Source of the DNA: an uncultured Thermoguttaceae bacterium
Lineage (GTDB): Bacteria; Planctomycetota; Planctomycetia; Pirellulales; Thermoguttaceae
Reading direction: 5' to 3'
Length of the DNA: 64,000 nucleotides
Assembly: GCA_938042245.1 (NCBI GenBank)
Contig: CALIRO010000016.1
Coordinates: 46,004-110,003, forward strand
In this document: in pieces, positions 53,720 to 63,050 of the stretch
How positions within the stretch are numbered: position 1 is the stretch's first letter
How the letters are laid out: each line of letters starts with the position of its first letter
Notes under the pieces: generated by a model
The model's input: only the letters and a program-made list of their open reading frames with translations
What the model was told of the DNA's origin: nothing
Database searches by the model: none
Translations under genes and position numbers: made by a program

Positions 53720-55399
53720 CTACTTTTCGCCGAAGACCTCCGCCTGGTAGGTGAGGATTTCGGTGTTCGGCTCTTGCCAGGCTTCGGGCGGAAGACCTGC
53801 CTTTTGCGCTAGATGCCGGAGGAAGTTTTCTTTGTCTGGAAGGTCCTTCCAGACCTGGGGCAGATAGGTGGCCATTCGTTGGCCTTGCCGGAGCACCACA
53901 CCGTCCACCCCAGGCCGAAGTTTGCGGAGAATCTCCTGGGGGCTGTCGGCCTGGAGTTTGCGAGGAACCGTCAAGATGCTGATTTCGATATCAATCTGGG
54001 GCAGTTCGTCGGGCTTGACGGAGGGGAAGCGGAAATCGCTCAGGGCGGCTCGCATCGCATTTTCCATGACCGCCTTGTACAAAGGCGATTTGGGGAAAAT
54101 ATGTCCAATACAACCCCGCAGTTGACCCTGTTTATGCAAGCTGACAAAGCAGCCAGCAGGCGTCCGAAGCCGCTCCGGAACTTCGGTTTCGGCCACCTCC
54201 GGCAGCCCCCGCGAACAGACCGATTCCACCAACGCCTTCCGAGCCAGCTCCAAAAGGAACTTCCGCTCTTCCGGGCTATGCTCGCTAGGCGGTTGCAGGT
54301 TGGGAGGCTGGCCTGCTGCTTCGGCTTGACCCTCTATAAACGCCACCGCCGCATATCCTACTACGCCCCGAAATCGCTCGCCGGTCGTATCGCCGCTATT
54401 GCGATAGTCGAGCACCTTCGGCGTCCACTGCCGCTTTTTGGCCAGATGCATCAAGGCCAAAATCGGTCCAATACCGCAGGCTTCCTGATCGGCCGCCCAC
54501 TCCAGGTCCATCCGGCGGATCGCTTCTAAACAGGTCCGGTCCAAATCGACGGCCGTCTCATAAGGATGATAATGGCTCAGATCCGAGCTGGCAACTACCA
54601 GCGTCCGGTCGTCCAAATACTTCTCCAGAGCGTCGGCCACCTGTTTCGGATCCACCTGGCCGAACACAATCGGAATCAACTGGAACTGTTTTAACACCCG
54701 TTGCAGGAAGGGCAGGTGCACTTCCAGGGAATGTTCAAAGGTATGTTCATCCTCTTGGCCAAACGGCGGCAACTGCTTGGGCGATTGCCGCCAAAAGAGC
54801 GGCCGAACCACTTTCGCCTTGGTTTTGGTCGAAAACGGAGGTTGCTGCCGTAATTGAGCGGCCTTCGGCGATAGCGGCACAAATCCCAGCGGCGTCCGAT
54901 ACGCTTCTACATCGGGGATGGAGGCCCCTTGGAACTGGGCGGTATGGCTAGGCGCCATAACGACCACAGTACGGATGTCTCGGCCACGAAGCTGCCGATA
55001 ACCTACCGCCGCCACCGGTCCGGAATATTCATAGCCGGCATGAGGACAGATTAGGCCCCGCAATTTCTGATCGGCTGGGATCTCTACCGCCTGGGGGGCT
55101 TTAGGATCGGCCAAGAGTTGATCCACTCGTTTGGCCAAATCCTCCGGATGGGCCGGATAAAAAAGCCCCGCTACTGCCGGCTCCAGGACTTTTTGATACG
55201 TGACTTGGCCGGACCCGACAGGAGGAGAGTCCGAGTGACTCTGCGGGCCGGAGGCAATATCGGCTACCTGCGGAGCAGGCCCTTCTGGACCCCCCTGTGT
55301 AGTAGGCTGTGTGGTCCCATCCTGGGGACGAGTTTCCAACTGACATCCTCCCGCCCACAGCCCTGCCCAAACCATCGCAGGAAACATCCATCGTTGCAT
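53720..55399 (-). CDS. Memo-like (AmmeMemoRadiSam protein B) + AMMECR1 (protein A) fusion with N-terminal lipoprotein-like signal peptide
   Basis: 559 aa. The N-terminus is MQRWMFPAMVWAGLWAGGCQ plus a ~60-aa P/G/S/T/Q linker. The Memo region is GLFYPAHPEDL...GLICPHAGYEYSGPVAA...VVVMAPSH...VASSDLSHY. The AMMECR1 region is PAGCFVSLHKQGQLRGCIGHIFP...DFRFPSV...IEISILT. Confidence 0.85.
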   Translation of the reverse strand: MQRWMFPAMVWAGLWAGGCQLETRPQDGTTQPTTQGGPEGPAPQVADIASGPQSHSDSPPVGSGQVTYQKVLEPAVAGLFYPAHPEDLAKRVDQLLADPKAPQAVEIPADQKLRGLICPHAGYEYSGPVAAVGYRQLRGRDIRTVVVMAPSHTAQFQGASIPDVEAYRTPLGFVPLSPKAAQLRQQPPFSTKTKAKVVRPLFWRQSPKQLPPFGQEDEHTFEHSLEVHLPFLQRVLKQFQLIPIVFGQVDPKQVADALEKYLDDRTLVVASSDLSHYHPYETAVDLDRTCLEAIRRMDLEWAADQEACGIGPILALMHLAKKRQWTPKVLDYRNSGDTTGERFRGVVGYAAVAFIEGQAEAAGQPPNLQPPSEHSPEERKFLLELARKALVESVCSRGLPEVAETEVPERLRTPAGCFVSLHKQGQLRGCIGHIFPKSPLYKAVMENAMRAALSDFRFPSVKPDELPQIDIEISILTVPRKLQADSPQEILRKLRPGVDGVVLRQGQRMATYLPQVWKDLPDKENFLRHLAQKAGLPPEAWQEPNTEILTYQAEVFGEK

Positions 55400-55592
55400 A
55401 GGCCTATCTCCCCCTTGGATGGCAGCTTTGGAACCGGGGGACCGATGATGAGAAAGCTAAACGTTGCCTCCCCGTCCTTTCATTTTATAAAAATTGTTCT
55501 CCCAAAGGGATTGTCCGGGGGGAAAGGAGGGAAAAAGAGCAGAGCATTTCGCCCAAAGAGGGGTATAATTAATTAGCCTTTTGTGGGGAAAT

Positions 55593-55898
55593 CTATGCTG
55601 GTTCGGAAAAAGACTCCTCCCAGGCAGAAGCTATAGACAATTCAGACCGGACCTCCAACTCATTGTGGATTTCTCCCACGCCTTCTATTCGCCGAAGGAT
55701 TTCTTGGGCGATCTGCTTTTCAAAAAAGCTGCGCACGCAGCCTCGGAGGATCAGTCGGCCTGAGTCGGCTTGGCAATAGACTTCCCGATAAGCCAACCGG
55801 GGGTCTTTTTTGAGAATGCAAAGCACTTTCTCCTCCAGATTAGGAGTGATATACTCAGAAGTTTCGTTTCTCTCGGCCCAGGATGCGTTTGGAAGCAT
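55593..55898 (-). CDS. Small BON-domain protein
   Basis: 101 aa. The core is VLCILKKDPRLAYREVYCQADSGRLILRGCVRSFFEKQIAQEILRRIEGVGEIHNELEV. It has no signal peptide. Confidence 0.75.
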   Translation of the reverse strand: MLPNASWAERNETSEYITPNLEEKVLCILKKDPRLAYREVYCQADSGRLILRGCVRSFFEKQIAQEILRRIEGVGEIHNELEVRSELSIASAWEESFSEPA

Positions 55899-56507
55899 GG
55901 TAGATCACACCCCCTGTGAAACAGATAGAAGGCTCCCCATCCGCCTAGCCAGAATCTACTATATTTAAAATCGGCAAGATAGAAAAAATGGGTAAAAAAT
56001 TATGGTGAGAAATCTGAACAATTTGACTCTAACGGAATGAGGGGTACGAGATTTTACGGAAGTTTGGGCTATCTATTGGGGGATTAAGACCAATTGTTGG
56101 AGGAGCTCCGATAAACCAAGCAATTAGTTCTATGAAACACGGTTTCAAAGAGTTTCCCTGCAGGGGCGGACCGAGAGGAATCAGAAATTTTCTTTTGAAA
56201 AATTTCTTCCTATCCGGACACCAGCGCAAAAACGGAATGGGGGTGGGAGAGATCGAAGGCTTTCCCAGAAATGCCAAAACAAAAGCGGACAGGAGACTGG
56301 GGGAAAGGCTCCCCCTTTGGGGAGGGGGCGGAGAATATTGTTGCATCTTTGCAGCCGAGAGCCTTTGTCTGCCGAATGGAGGGAAAGGGAGAGTTTTCGC
56401 TGGGCAGGCGAATGGCTGTAAAAGTTCTCCAACCTTACGCAGTTTATTTAATCCATTTCTATTTTCTTCCTGGGGAAGGAAATAGGTAACACACGTTGTG
56501 GGTGCCG

Positions 56508-58754
56508 ATGTACGAAGCGTTTTTTGGATTTTGCCGACGACCGTTTTCTGGTGGATCGCTGCTAGAGGATTATTTTCCCTCGGCCAGCATAGAGGGGGCA
56601 CGCCAGACGGTCCAGCAATGTTTCGAGCGGGGGGCGGGCTGGGCTATGGTGGTGGGCCCAGCCGGGCTGGGCAAAACCCTTCTGTGCTACCGCCTGGCTC
56701 AGGACCTACAAAAGAGCTTTCGGGTATTACTGTTAAGCGGTGGTGGCTTGAGTGGTCGGCGGGAACTTTGGCAAACCTTTTTGTTCGGCCTGGGACAACC
56801 CTATCGGGGGATGGAAGAGGGAGAGCTTCGGCTGGCTTTGGTGGAATATTTGGCTGAGCAACGCAAACAATCCGCTGGGTTTATCGTGCTGGTGGATGAA
56901 GCCCATCTGCTTGCGGGGAAGTTATTGGAAGAGATTCGGATTTTAGGCCAGGCGCCGGTTCTACCGGACAATTGGTTTCAGGTGTTGTTGGCGGGGATGC
57001 CGATTTTGGAGGAACGGCTTTCCAGTCCCCGGCTGGAAGCGGTGCAGCAACGGATTGTAGTGCGATGCTATTTAGAACCTTGGACCCGGATGGAAACGCT
57101 GACGTATATTCGGACTCAGCTTGAGAAGGTAGCTGCTAAAGGGGATCGGCTGATGGGGGAGGGGGCGGCTGAGGCGGTCTTCCAAGCCACCAATGGCATC
57201 CCCCGGCTGGTCAATCAACTTTGTGATCATGCGCTGTGGTGGGCCTGGAAGCATCAGCACCGACAACTGGATGCTCGGATCGTGCAGGAAGCCTGGGCAG
57301 ACTTGCAGCAATTACCTCCTCCTTCGGTGGCAACTGGTGGCGGTGGACCAGGGCCTGGGCTTATTGAATTCGGGCTGTTAGAGGAAGATGACCAACCCCA
57401 GCCCCCCAGCGCCTCCGAGGAGCCAATTCCCCACGGACCCTCTGCCAGCCTCAGCTATGCTGGCCAACAGAGTCCACAGGAACACGGGGCTGCCGGCGGC
57501 CAACGGGGCATTGGCCCCAATGGGGTAGAAGGGTCCGGGTTGGCCGAAGCCTATGGCTTGCCGCTGCACTCCCCTGCGAAGGATTTGGTTTCCTCAGAAG
57601 GAGAGCTCCGACAGCCGAGGGGAGAAGGGGAAATCGGCTCTGGACCGGAACAGGAGTTTTTTTTCGGGGCCTTGCCACAGCGAGATTCGGAAGGGAGATC
57701 GGCTTGGGAGTTTGTCGAGGAGGAGAGCTCCTCAAAAGAATCGAATCTACCGTCTCATTTATCCGCCTGGGATCGGCTTCAGCAGATTGAACTGGCGCTA
57801 TCTCAAATGGGATCGTCGGCTACGAATCCTTCTGATATGCCCAATGGGCCTCTTGGAGGAACTAACTTCCTGCCGAACCAGGGCAGTCCGGGTTTTGACC
57901 AGGCAGCGGCTGGTGGCAGGAGCCAGGATTGCCAACCCCCAGGCCAAAGCCACGGCGAAAGCCCATCCCAGTCCGAACCTGGCTCAGGGTCCTGCAAGCT
58001 CTTAGAGTTGGCTGAAGTGGGGGCCTTTTCGGAAACCCAGCCACAGGCAGCGCCCACACCATCGGGAAGCTCGCCAACCCATGGACCAAAAGAAAAAAGC
58101 CTCACGATTCCCCCAGTCTCTGCCCCCTCCAACCAGGCATCGGGTGCTTTTTCCTCAGGAGGAGGTACCGCCGTTAGCGAAGCACCGGTGGATTCGGGTC
58201 GGCTGCCGTCTGAAGCACCGGAAGTGGAGCTGGTGTTTCCGTCCTCCGGTGCCTCTACCTTGTCTGCGGAGGCTTCTCCGATGGAGATCAATCCGTTCAC
58301 CGAAACGTTTTTGGAAGAACAGTGGATTGAAGACCCTTATCTGCAGGTAGGCATGGAGGGCCACCGGCCCTGGTCGGTGTTAGGTTGGCTCCGAAACGAG
58401 TCCAGCAGCTTGGAAAAGATGGCTGGGAAGCCTTCCTCTATGGAAAGCCTCTCGGGAGGCGAACCGTCCTGCGTGGGGACATCGGACTGTTCCGATCCCA
58501 GACCGATCGAACCAGGTGCTGCAAAAGAGGTTGCTTGCTCCCCAAAGGTATTGTCTTTCCGTGGAGGGGGCGTCGGAAGCTCAGGCGGCTGGCTCAGCCA
58601 GCCTCCCACTCCTCCCCCAGAACCCCCCCTTATTGTGATCGAAGAAGCACTTCTGGAAGAACCAATGCCGGAGCAAAGGGCCACCGTAATGCCTGTAGGG
58701 CGGCATGAGTATCGTCGGCTTTTTGCTCGATTGCGACGAGGTGGAAAAATATGA
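56508..58754 (+). CDS. ExeA/GspA-like AAA ATPase with ~480-aa disordered C-terminal region
   Basis: The track ORF is 56496..58754; ATG 56508 gives MYEAFFGFCRRPF, the typical ExeA-family N-terminus. Walker A is VVGPAGLGKTLL, Walker B is FIVLVDEAHLL, and ...NGIPRLVNQLCDHAL is also present. The rest is a P/S/G/E-rich low-complexity sequence with no recognisable peptidoglycan-binding domain. Confidence 0.85.
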   Translation: MYEAFFGFCRRPFSGGSLLEDYFPSASIEGARQTVQQCFERGAGWAMVVGPAGLGKTLLCYRLAQDLQKSFRVLLLSGGGLSGRRELWQTFLFGLGQPYRGMEEGELRLALVEYLAEQRKQSAGFIVLVDEAHLLAGKLLEEIRILGQAPVLPDNWFQVLLAGMPILEERLSSPRLEAVQQRIVVRCYLEPWTRMETLTYIRTQLEKVAAKGDRLMGEGAAEAVFQATNGIPRLVNQLCDHALWWAWKHQHRQLDARIVQEAWADLQQLPPPSVATGGGGPGPGLIEFGLLEEDDQPQPPSASEEPIPHGPSASLSYAGQQSPQEHGAAGGQRGIGPNGVEGSGLAEAYGLPLHSPAKDLVSSEGELRQPRGEGEIGSGPEQEFFFGALPQRDSEGRSAWEFVEEESSSKESNLPSHLSAWDRLQQIELALSQMGSSATNPSDMPNGPLGGTNFLPNQGSPGFDQAAAGGRSQDCQPPGQSHGESPSQSEPGSGSCKLLELAEVGAFSETQPQAAPTPSGSSPTHGPKEKSLTIPPVSAPSNQASGAFSSGGGTAVSEAPVDSGRLPSEAPEVELVFPSSGASTLSAEASPMEINPFTETFLEEQWIEDPYLQVGMEGHRPWSVLGWLRNESSSLEKMAGKPSSMESLSGGEPSCVGTSDCSDPRPIEPGAAKEVACSPKVLSFRGGGVGSSGGWLSQPPTPPPEPPLIVIEEALLEEPMPEQRATVMPVGRHEYRRLFARLRRGGKI

Positions 58755-59140
58755 GGTAGTGGAAAATAGATTTCCTCCCCATGCAGAAGCGGGGAGGAAA
58801 TAGAATCTTGGGCCAATCATTTTCACCGGTTTTCCTCTAACAAGGTCGGATGATGCCACGAGCCTATCCCAAAAGAATCTTGCTAACCATTCAGCCGGAC
58901 GGAGCGTGTTTTTTTGTCCTCCCGGGAAAGCGCACGATCCAGGAAAACTAGCCTTCCTATTCTGGACTGGTGCTTGCCCGGCACTGCCACGATGCGCTTT
59001 CTTCGGAAAAAAACCAGCAACCTCACTCCAAACGGGGGAAAGGGTACGAGTCTTGCTAATCCAGCAACGTCGAGAAAATCAGGGTGAAATGGGGGCGATT
59101 TCCTTTTTGGAATGAGCTCTATCTAATCCTAAGGGAGTAC

Positions 59141-60034
59141 ATGGAGGGAATGAGTCGGTTCTTGAGGGCTTTACAACGGGTGGAAGCTGGGCAGCAAAGC
59201 CAGAGCGTGCCAGACAGTGGCTTGGGAGGGGAATTGGCAAGCGAGGGTTCCTCGTGGGTTCAGCAGGGGGTATCGCCGGAACCGAGGGGAGCGCCGGTCC
59301 ACGCAGCCGAGGTCCACCAGCATCTTCCTGCCAGGAGTGTTTCCGAGGGAGTTGGTGATAAAGGGTTGGCCGGAGGCGGTGGCGCCAGTGGGCTGGAGGA
59401 ACCGACCGATCTTGCTCCGGTGATCCACCGCTTGCGTCAGCGTAGCTTGCCAGGCCGACAGCCAGGCTATTGTCAGATGGCCGCTTATATTTTGGAGCAA
59501 ATGCCTGCTCGGCCAAATGCTGTTTTTTTGTTTATGAGTTTTGTGGGCCAGCCGCCCTCTACGGCCGCTGTAGCGCCGCTAGCGGCTGTTTTGGGCGAAG
59601 CGGTGCCTGAACCGATTTTAGCACTGGATGCCAGGCCAGACAGTCCGGAACTGGCCGAATCTTTCGGCTTGTCGTGCCGATCCCACCTGAAAGATGTCCT
59701 CCAAGGCCAAGTGCCTTGGTATGAGGCAGTGCGGAAAAGCTCCTTAGGGCAACTTTTTCTCCTCGCAGGAACTCCAGCAACCGAGTTGGACTGGTCGGTC
59801 GTCTCAGAGCCAATGTGGGCACATATGATGGGTCAACTTCGCAAACACTACCGACTGATTCTTATCGACGCTGGCTGGTATCCCCATCCTGCCCAAAAGC
59901 TCCTAGTGAACTTAAGTGATGGAGTGTATCTAGTAGTGCAGTTAGGGCGGACCCCTAAACGGTTGCTCCGAACGGCACTCCAGGAGCTTCAAGAAGCTGG
60001 GGCAACCGTGCTGGGTTGTATTGCTGCTTCGTAA
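59141..60034 (+). CDS. MinD/ParA/BY-kinase-fold protein with a degenerate Walker A
   Basis: The track ORF is 59084..60034; I prefer ATG 59141 (or 59150). FLFMSFVGQPPSTAAVAPLAAVLGE occupies the position of the deviant Walker A (xSxxxGEGKST) but lacks the Lys. YRLILIDAGW (Walker B-like Asp), DGVYLVVQLGRT and ATVLGCI follow the CpsD/Etk-type kinase layout. Confidence 0.6.
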   Translation: MEGMSRFLRALQRVEAGQQSQSVPDSGLGGELASEGSSWVQQGVSPEPRGAPVHAAEVHQHLPARSVSEGVGDKGLAGGGGASGLEEPTDLAPVIHRLRQRSLPGRQPGYCQMAAYILEQMPARPNAVFLFMSFVGQPPSTAAVAPLAAVLGEAVPEPILALDARPDSPELAESFGLSCRSHLKDVLQGQVPWYEAVRKSSLGQLFLLAGTPATELDWSVVSEPMWAHMMGQLRKHYRLILIDAGWYPHPAQKLLVNLSDGVYLVVQLGRTPKRLLRTALQELQEAGATVLGCIAAS

Positions 60035-60221
60035 TCCTTTGGCCTGTCAAACCAGCAGCTTCCGATTATCAGGATGGATTAGGCGTCCTGCCCGCAGCCA
60101 GAAAGCCCAGCATTGGGACGGGACCTTAGCGACCACAAAAGGGCTCCCGGGCTCCATTGCTGCGGTCCGTTGCCGCCAGCGAGCGATTCTCTTGGACGGG
60201 CAGAAGTGGTTCCCCTATCCA

Positions 60222-61301
60222 TTATAGCACAGGCAATGGGAGGTGGTGGGCTTTTTGGCGGCGCAGCGCCACTGCCTGCCGGACCAACTGCTTGCAGATG
60301 GCCTGGAAGCAGTCGGCCAGAGGCGGTTGCTCCCAGACCTGGGCCAGTCGCCCTGCATCGCACTGGACCCGAAGGCCCACATTCAACGGGATCTCGCCCA
60401 GAAAGGGGACGTTGAGCAGTTCGGCTCGACGGCGGGCGCCGCCACTGCTGAAAATCTCATGCCGCATCCCGCAGCCCGGACAGATAAAATAACTCATGTT
60501 TTCGATCATCCCCAGCAGTTCGATCTGGAGTTTCCGGAACATGGCAATGGCTTTGGTGGCATCCAGGAGGGCCACATCTTGAGGTGTACATACAACGACT
60601 GCCTCCGTTACTGGCAACAGTTGCGACAGGCTCAGGGCCACATCCCCGGTGCCAGGCGGCAGATCCACAATCAGATAATCCAACGGCCCCCAATCGGTAT
60701 CCCGGAGAAATTGGCTGATGGCATTATGGAGCATCGGCCCCCGCCATAAAACCGCCTCGCCCGGAGGCACAAAAAACCCGATGGACATCACGGCAATTCC
60801 ATCTGCCCAGACCGGTTGGAGCCGGTCGTTAACTACGATCGGCTGCTGGTGCACCCCTAACAGATGAGGGATACTCGGACCATAGACATCCGCATCTAGC
60901 AGCCCCACCCGGCAACCGGCCCGGCCGAGGCCTTGCGCCAACAAAGCGGCAACGGTACTTTTGCCCACACCTCCTTTGCCAGACCCAACCGCCACCACAC
61001 TCTTGGCCGATAGCCCTACCACGCCCAGCTTCTCCGGCGCCCGATCCACCGCCTCCAAAACGACCTCCACCTCCGGAAGCTGGCCAAACGCCCTGCGCAG
61101 CTTCTGGGTAAACTCCATCCGGAGTTCTTCCCAGATCGGAGCGGCAAAGGTCGGCAAACCAATCACCACCGATAACCGACCCCCGCTTACCTCCACTTGC
61201 CGAACCTGCCCCAACAACACAAGACTCCGACCTAATTCTGGGTCTAAACAATCCCTCAGGACTTCGAACACCTCAGATTGGGTAACAGGTTTACAGTCCA
61301 T
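60222..61301 (-). CDS. apbC: Mrp/NBP35-family iron-sulfur cluster carrier ATPase with N-terminal DUF59-like domain
   Basis: 359 aa. The N-terminal domain is VFEVLRDCLDPELGRSLVLLGQVRQVEV. The deviant Walker A is VVAVGSGKGGVGKSTVA. LLDADVYGPSIP and the CPGCG cluster ligand motif (FICPGCGMRHEIF) are also present. Confidence 0.9.
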   Translation of the reverse strand: MDCKPVTQSEVFEVLRDCLDPELGRSLVLLGQVRQVEVSGGRLSVVIGLPTFAAPIWEELRMEFTQKLRRAFGQLPEVEVVLEAVDRAPEKLGVVGLSAKSVVAVGSGKGGVGKSTVAALLAQGLGRAGCRVGLLDADVYGPSIPHLLGVHQQPIVVNDRLQPVWADGIAVMSIGFFVPPGEAVLWRGPMLHNAISQFLRDTDWGPLDYLIVDLPPGTGDVALSLSQLLPVTEAVVVCTPQDVALLDATKAIAMFRKLQIELLGMIENMSYFICPGCGMRHEIFSSGGARRRAELLNVPFLGEIPLNVGLRVQCDAGRLAQVWEQPPLADCFQAICKQLVRQAVALRRQKAHHLPLPVL

Positions 61302-61822
61302 AACAGTTCCGCTCTTGTGTCTTCGGGTCCCGATCTTACTATAGCCCCAGCGATTCCTACGCTACTCCACGAACCTTCCTAAGCACCAGCCCCCAGAAGC
61401 AAATTTTAGGCGACAAAACCCCTAGAAAAAGCTAGGTCCGCACCAAAAACTAACTACCGCCGGGCTAACAACCACCCACAGAAGGCAACAACCCCCTCTC
61501 AGCTCCTCTAGAGGTTAATCCTTGCTGAGCGGACCTTCTCGGTGGGACGAACAGGAGGCAGGCAAAAATGGGCTTTAGCGAAAATTTGTACCAGCTTCAC
61601 CGCCAAAACCTCGCTTTTCCCCGGAGGGAACCAGAATTCGGGGAAACCAGAAAAATACTCCGTTTGGTTAACCAGCCGGGTGGTCCAACTCAATGCAGCT
61701 TTCCCTATCGATCAACAACTCACCTCCGGAGGGAAAGGATTACCAAAAAGAAACCCTCCTTTGTTCTGCCAGCCCACTAGGACACGGCCCCGATGGGGGA
61801 GCTTTTGGCGGCGCCCGGAGAA

Positions 61823-62002
61823 TTAGGCCGGCTTTTCCGTAGAGCGACGAATCTCTTCGTAAACTTCTTTGCGGTGCACCGTGACATCTTTCGGGGCTTC
61901 AATGCCGATACGCACTTTATCTCCCCGGACAGAAACCACGGTGATAATAATGTCGTCGCCGATGATGATCGACTCCGAGGGCTTCCGGGTAATCACTAAC
62001 AT
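61823..62002 (-). CDS. csrA: Carbon storage regulator CsrA (59 aa; below the ORF-track length cutoff)
   Basis: My minus-strand translation from ATG 62002-62000 to TAA 61825-61823 is [59 protein letters not shown]. It carries the CsrA hallmarks (MLxLTRK, VRIGIxAPxxVxVHRxEvY). The listed + ORFs 61793..61999 and 61869..62087 are antisense shadows. Confidence 0.9.
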   Translation of the reverse strand: MLVITRKPSESIIIGDDIIITVVSVRGDKVRIGIEAPKDVTVHRKEVYEEIRRSTEKPA

Positions 62003-62153
62003 CCGAGGGGTCCTTTGCTATATGCCCCTCAACAGAGGGAAGAGGGAAAGGCACAGAGTTTGCTTGTATTATACCCATTGGAGCTAAGGTTTGTCAACTT
62101 CCTCCACCCCTCTTTTGGGGGTTTTGCGTAGTACATGCCCCGACTCTGGTCCG

Positions 62154-62262
62154 ATTATAGCAATTAAATAAACTCTATCGATTCCCAACCCCCCGCACCG
62201 ACGCAACACGAAAGCCAGCGACGAAAATTATATCAATTGAATAAACTTCTATCGATTCCCAA
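62154..62262 (+). repeat. ~35-bp imperfect direct repeat x2, 73 bp apart
   Basis: The copies are attatagcaattaaataaactctatcgattcccaa (62154-62188) and attatatcaattgaataaacttctatcgattcccaa (62227-62262). They lie 150-260 nt upstream of csrA on its upstream side. Confidence 0.75.
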
Positions 62263-63050
62263 AACTACAACTCTCCGCCTTTTCCTTCCAAGAAAAACGA
62301 TTCGGTTGACCGATGGGATTATCAACTAGAGGCCGTTAGATTTGGACAGGAAAGCTTTTCCTTTTTATAGTACAGACGAAAGAGGAGTTTGGTTTGGAAA
62401 AAACAAAGGATTTCTTAGACTTCTTAGAGAGGCCAAATTTTACTCTAATAAGGTGGGTAAATACCACCATTTAGTACTATGTTAAGAGCTTCTGAGGCCC
62501 TCGGCTGAGCATTCTGCTCGAAAAATCTTACCAATTTTCCCTCGCCGCTAAACTCAATCTCCATCGGATGGACAATCTAGAAGCGTTAACAAAGCCGGAA
62601 ATTGTTAAGTTATAACGTAGGCGAACCTCTCAGGTGATCCATCTGGCTACCCCTTCCGGAGGAGTAGCATAAACACATGATAGGAAGAAATGAGGGTGCC
62701 AGACGAGGAAAGCTGGACCAGATCCTAAATGGAAAAGGGAACCCAGAGAGAAAGCACTCCTAAGGGGTATTTATGCCCCCCCCGATAGCAGGTAAAAACC
62801 CACCAGAGTCCAAAATCCCCAACGGCCGTCCCTCCGGAATAATCTGCTAGGAACACACCAAGGCAAACAAACAAAGACCACACCACTTAACGGCAACAGC
62901 CCAGGAAAATCGGAAACCTCGCCCTAATGGAAAAAGGAGTTTTACTCACTCCCGAGATGACTTGTTGGTTTCGCGCAAACCGGGCGTGTGCCCACAGGAG
63001 TTTTCCGAAACCCCCGAAGGAGAATTTCCTCTTTTTTCCTGGCCGGGTTT

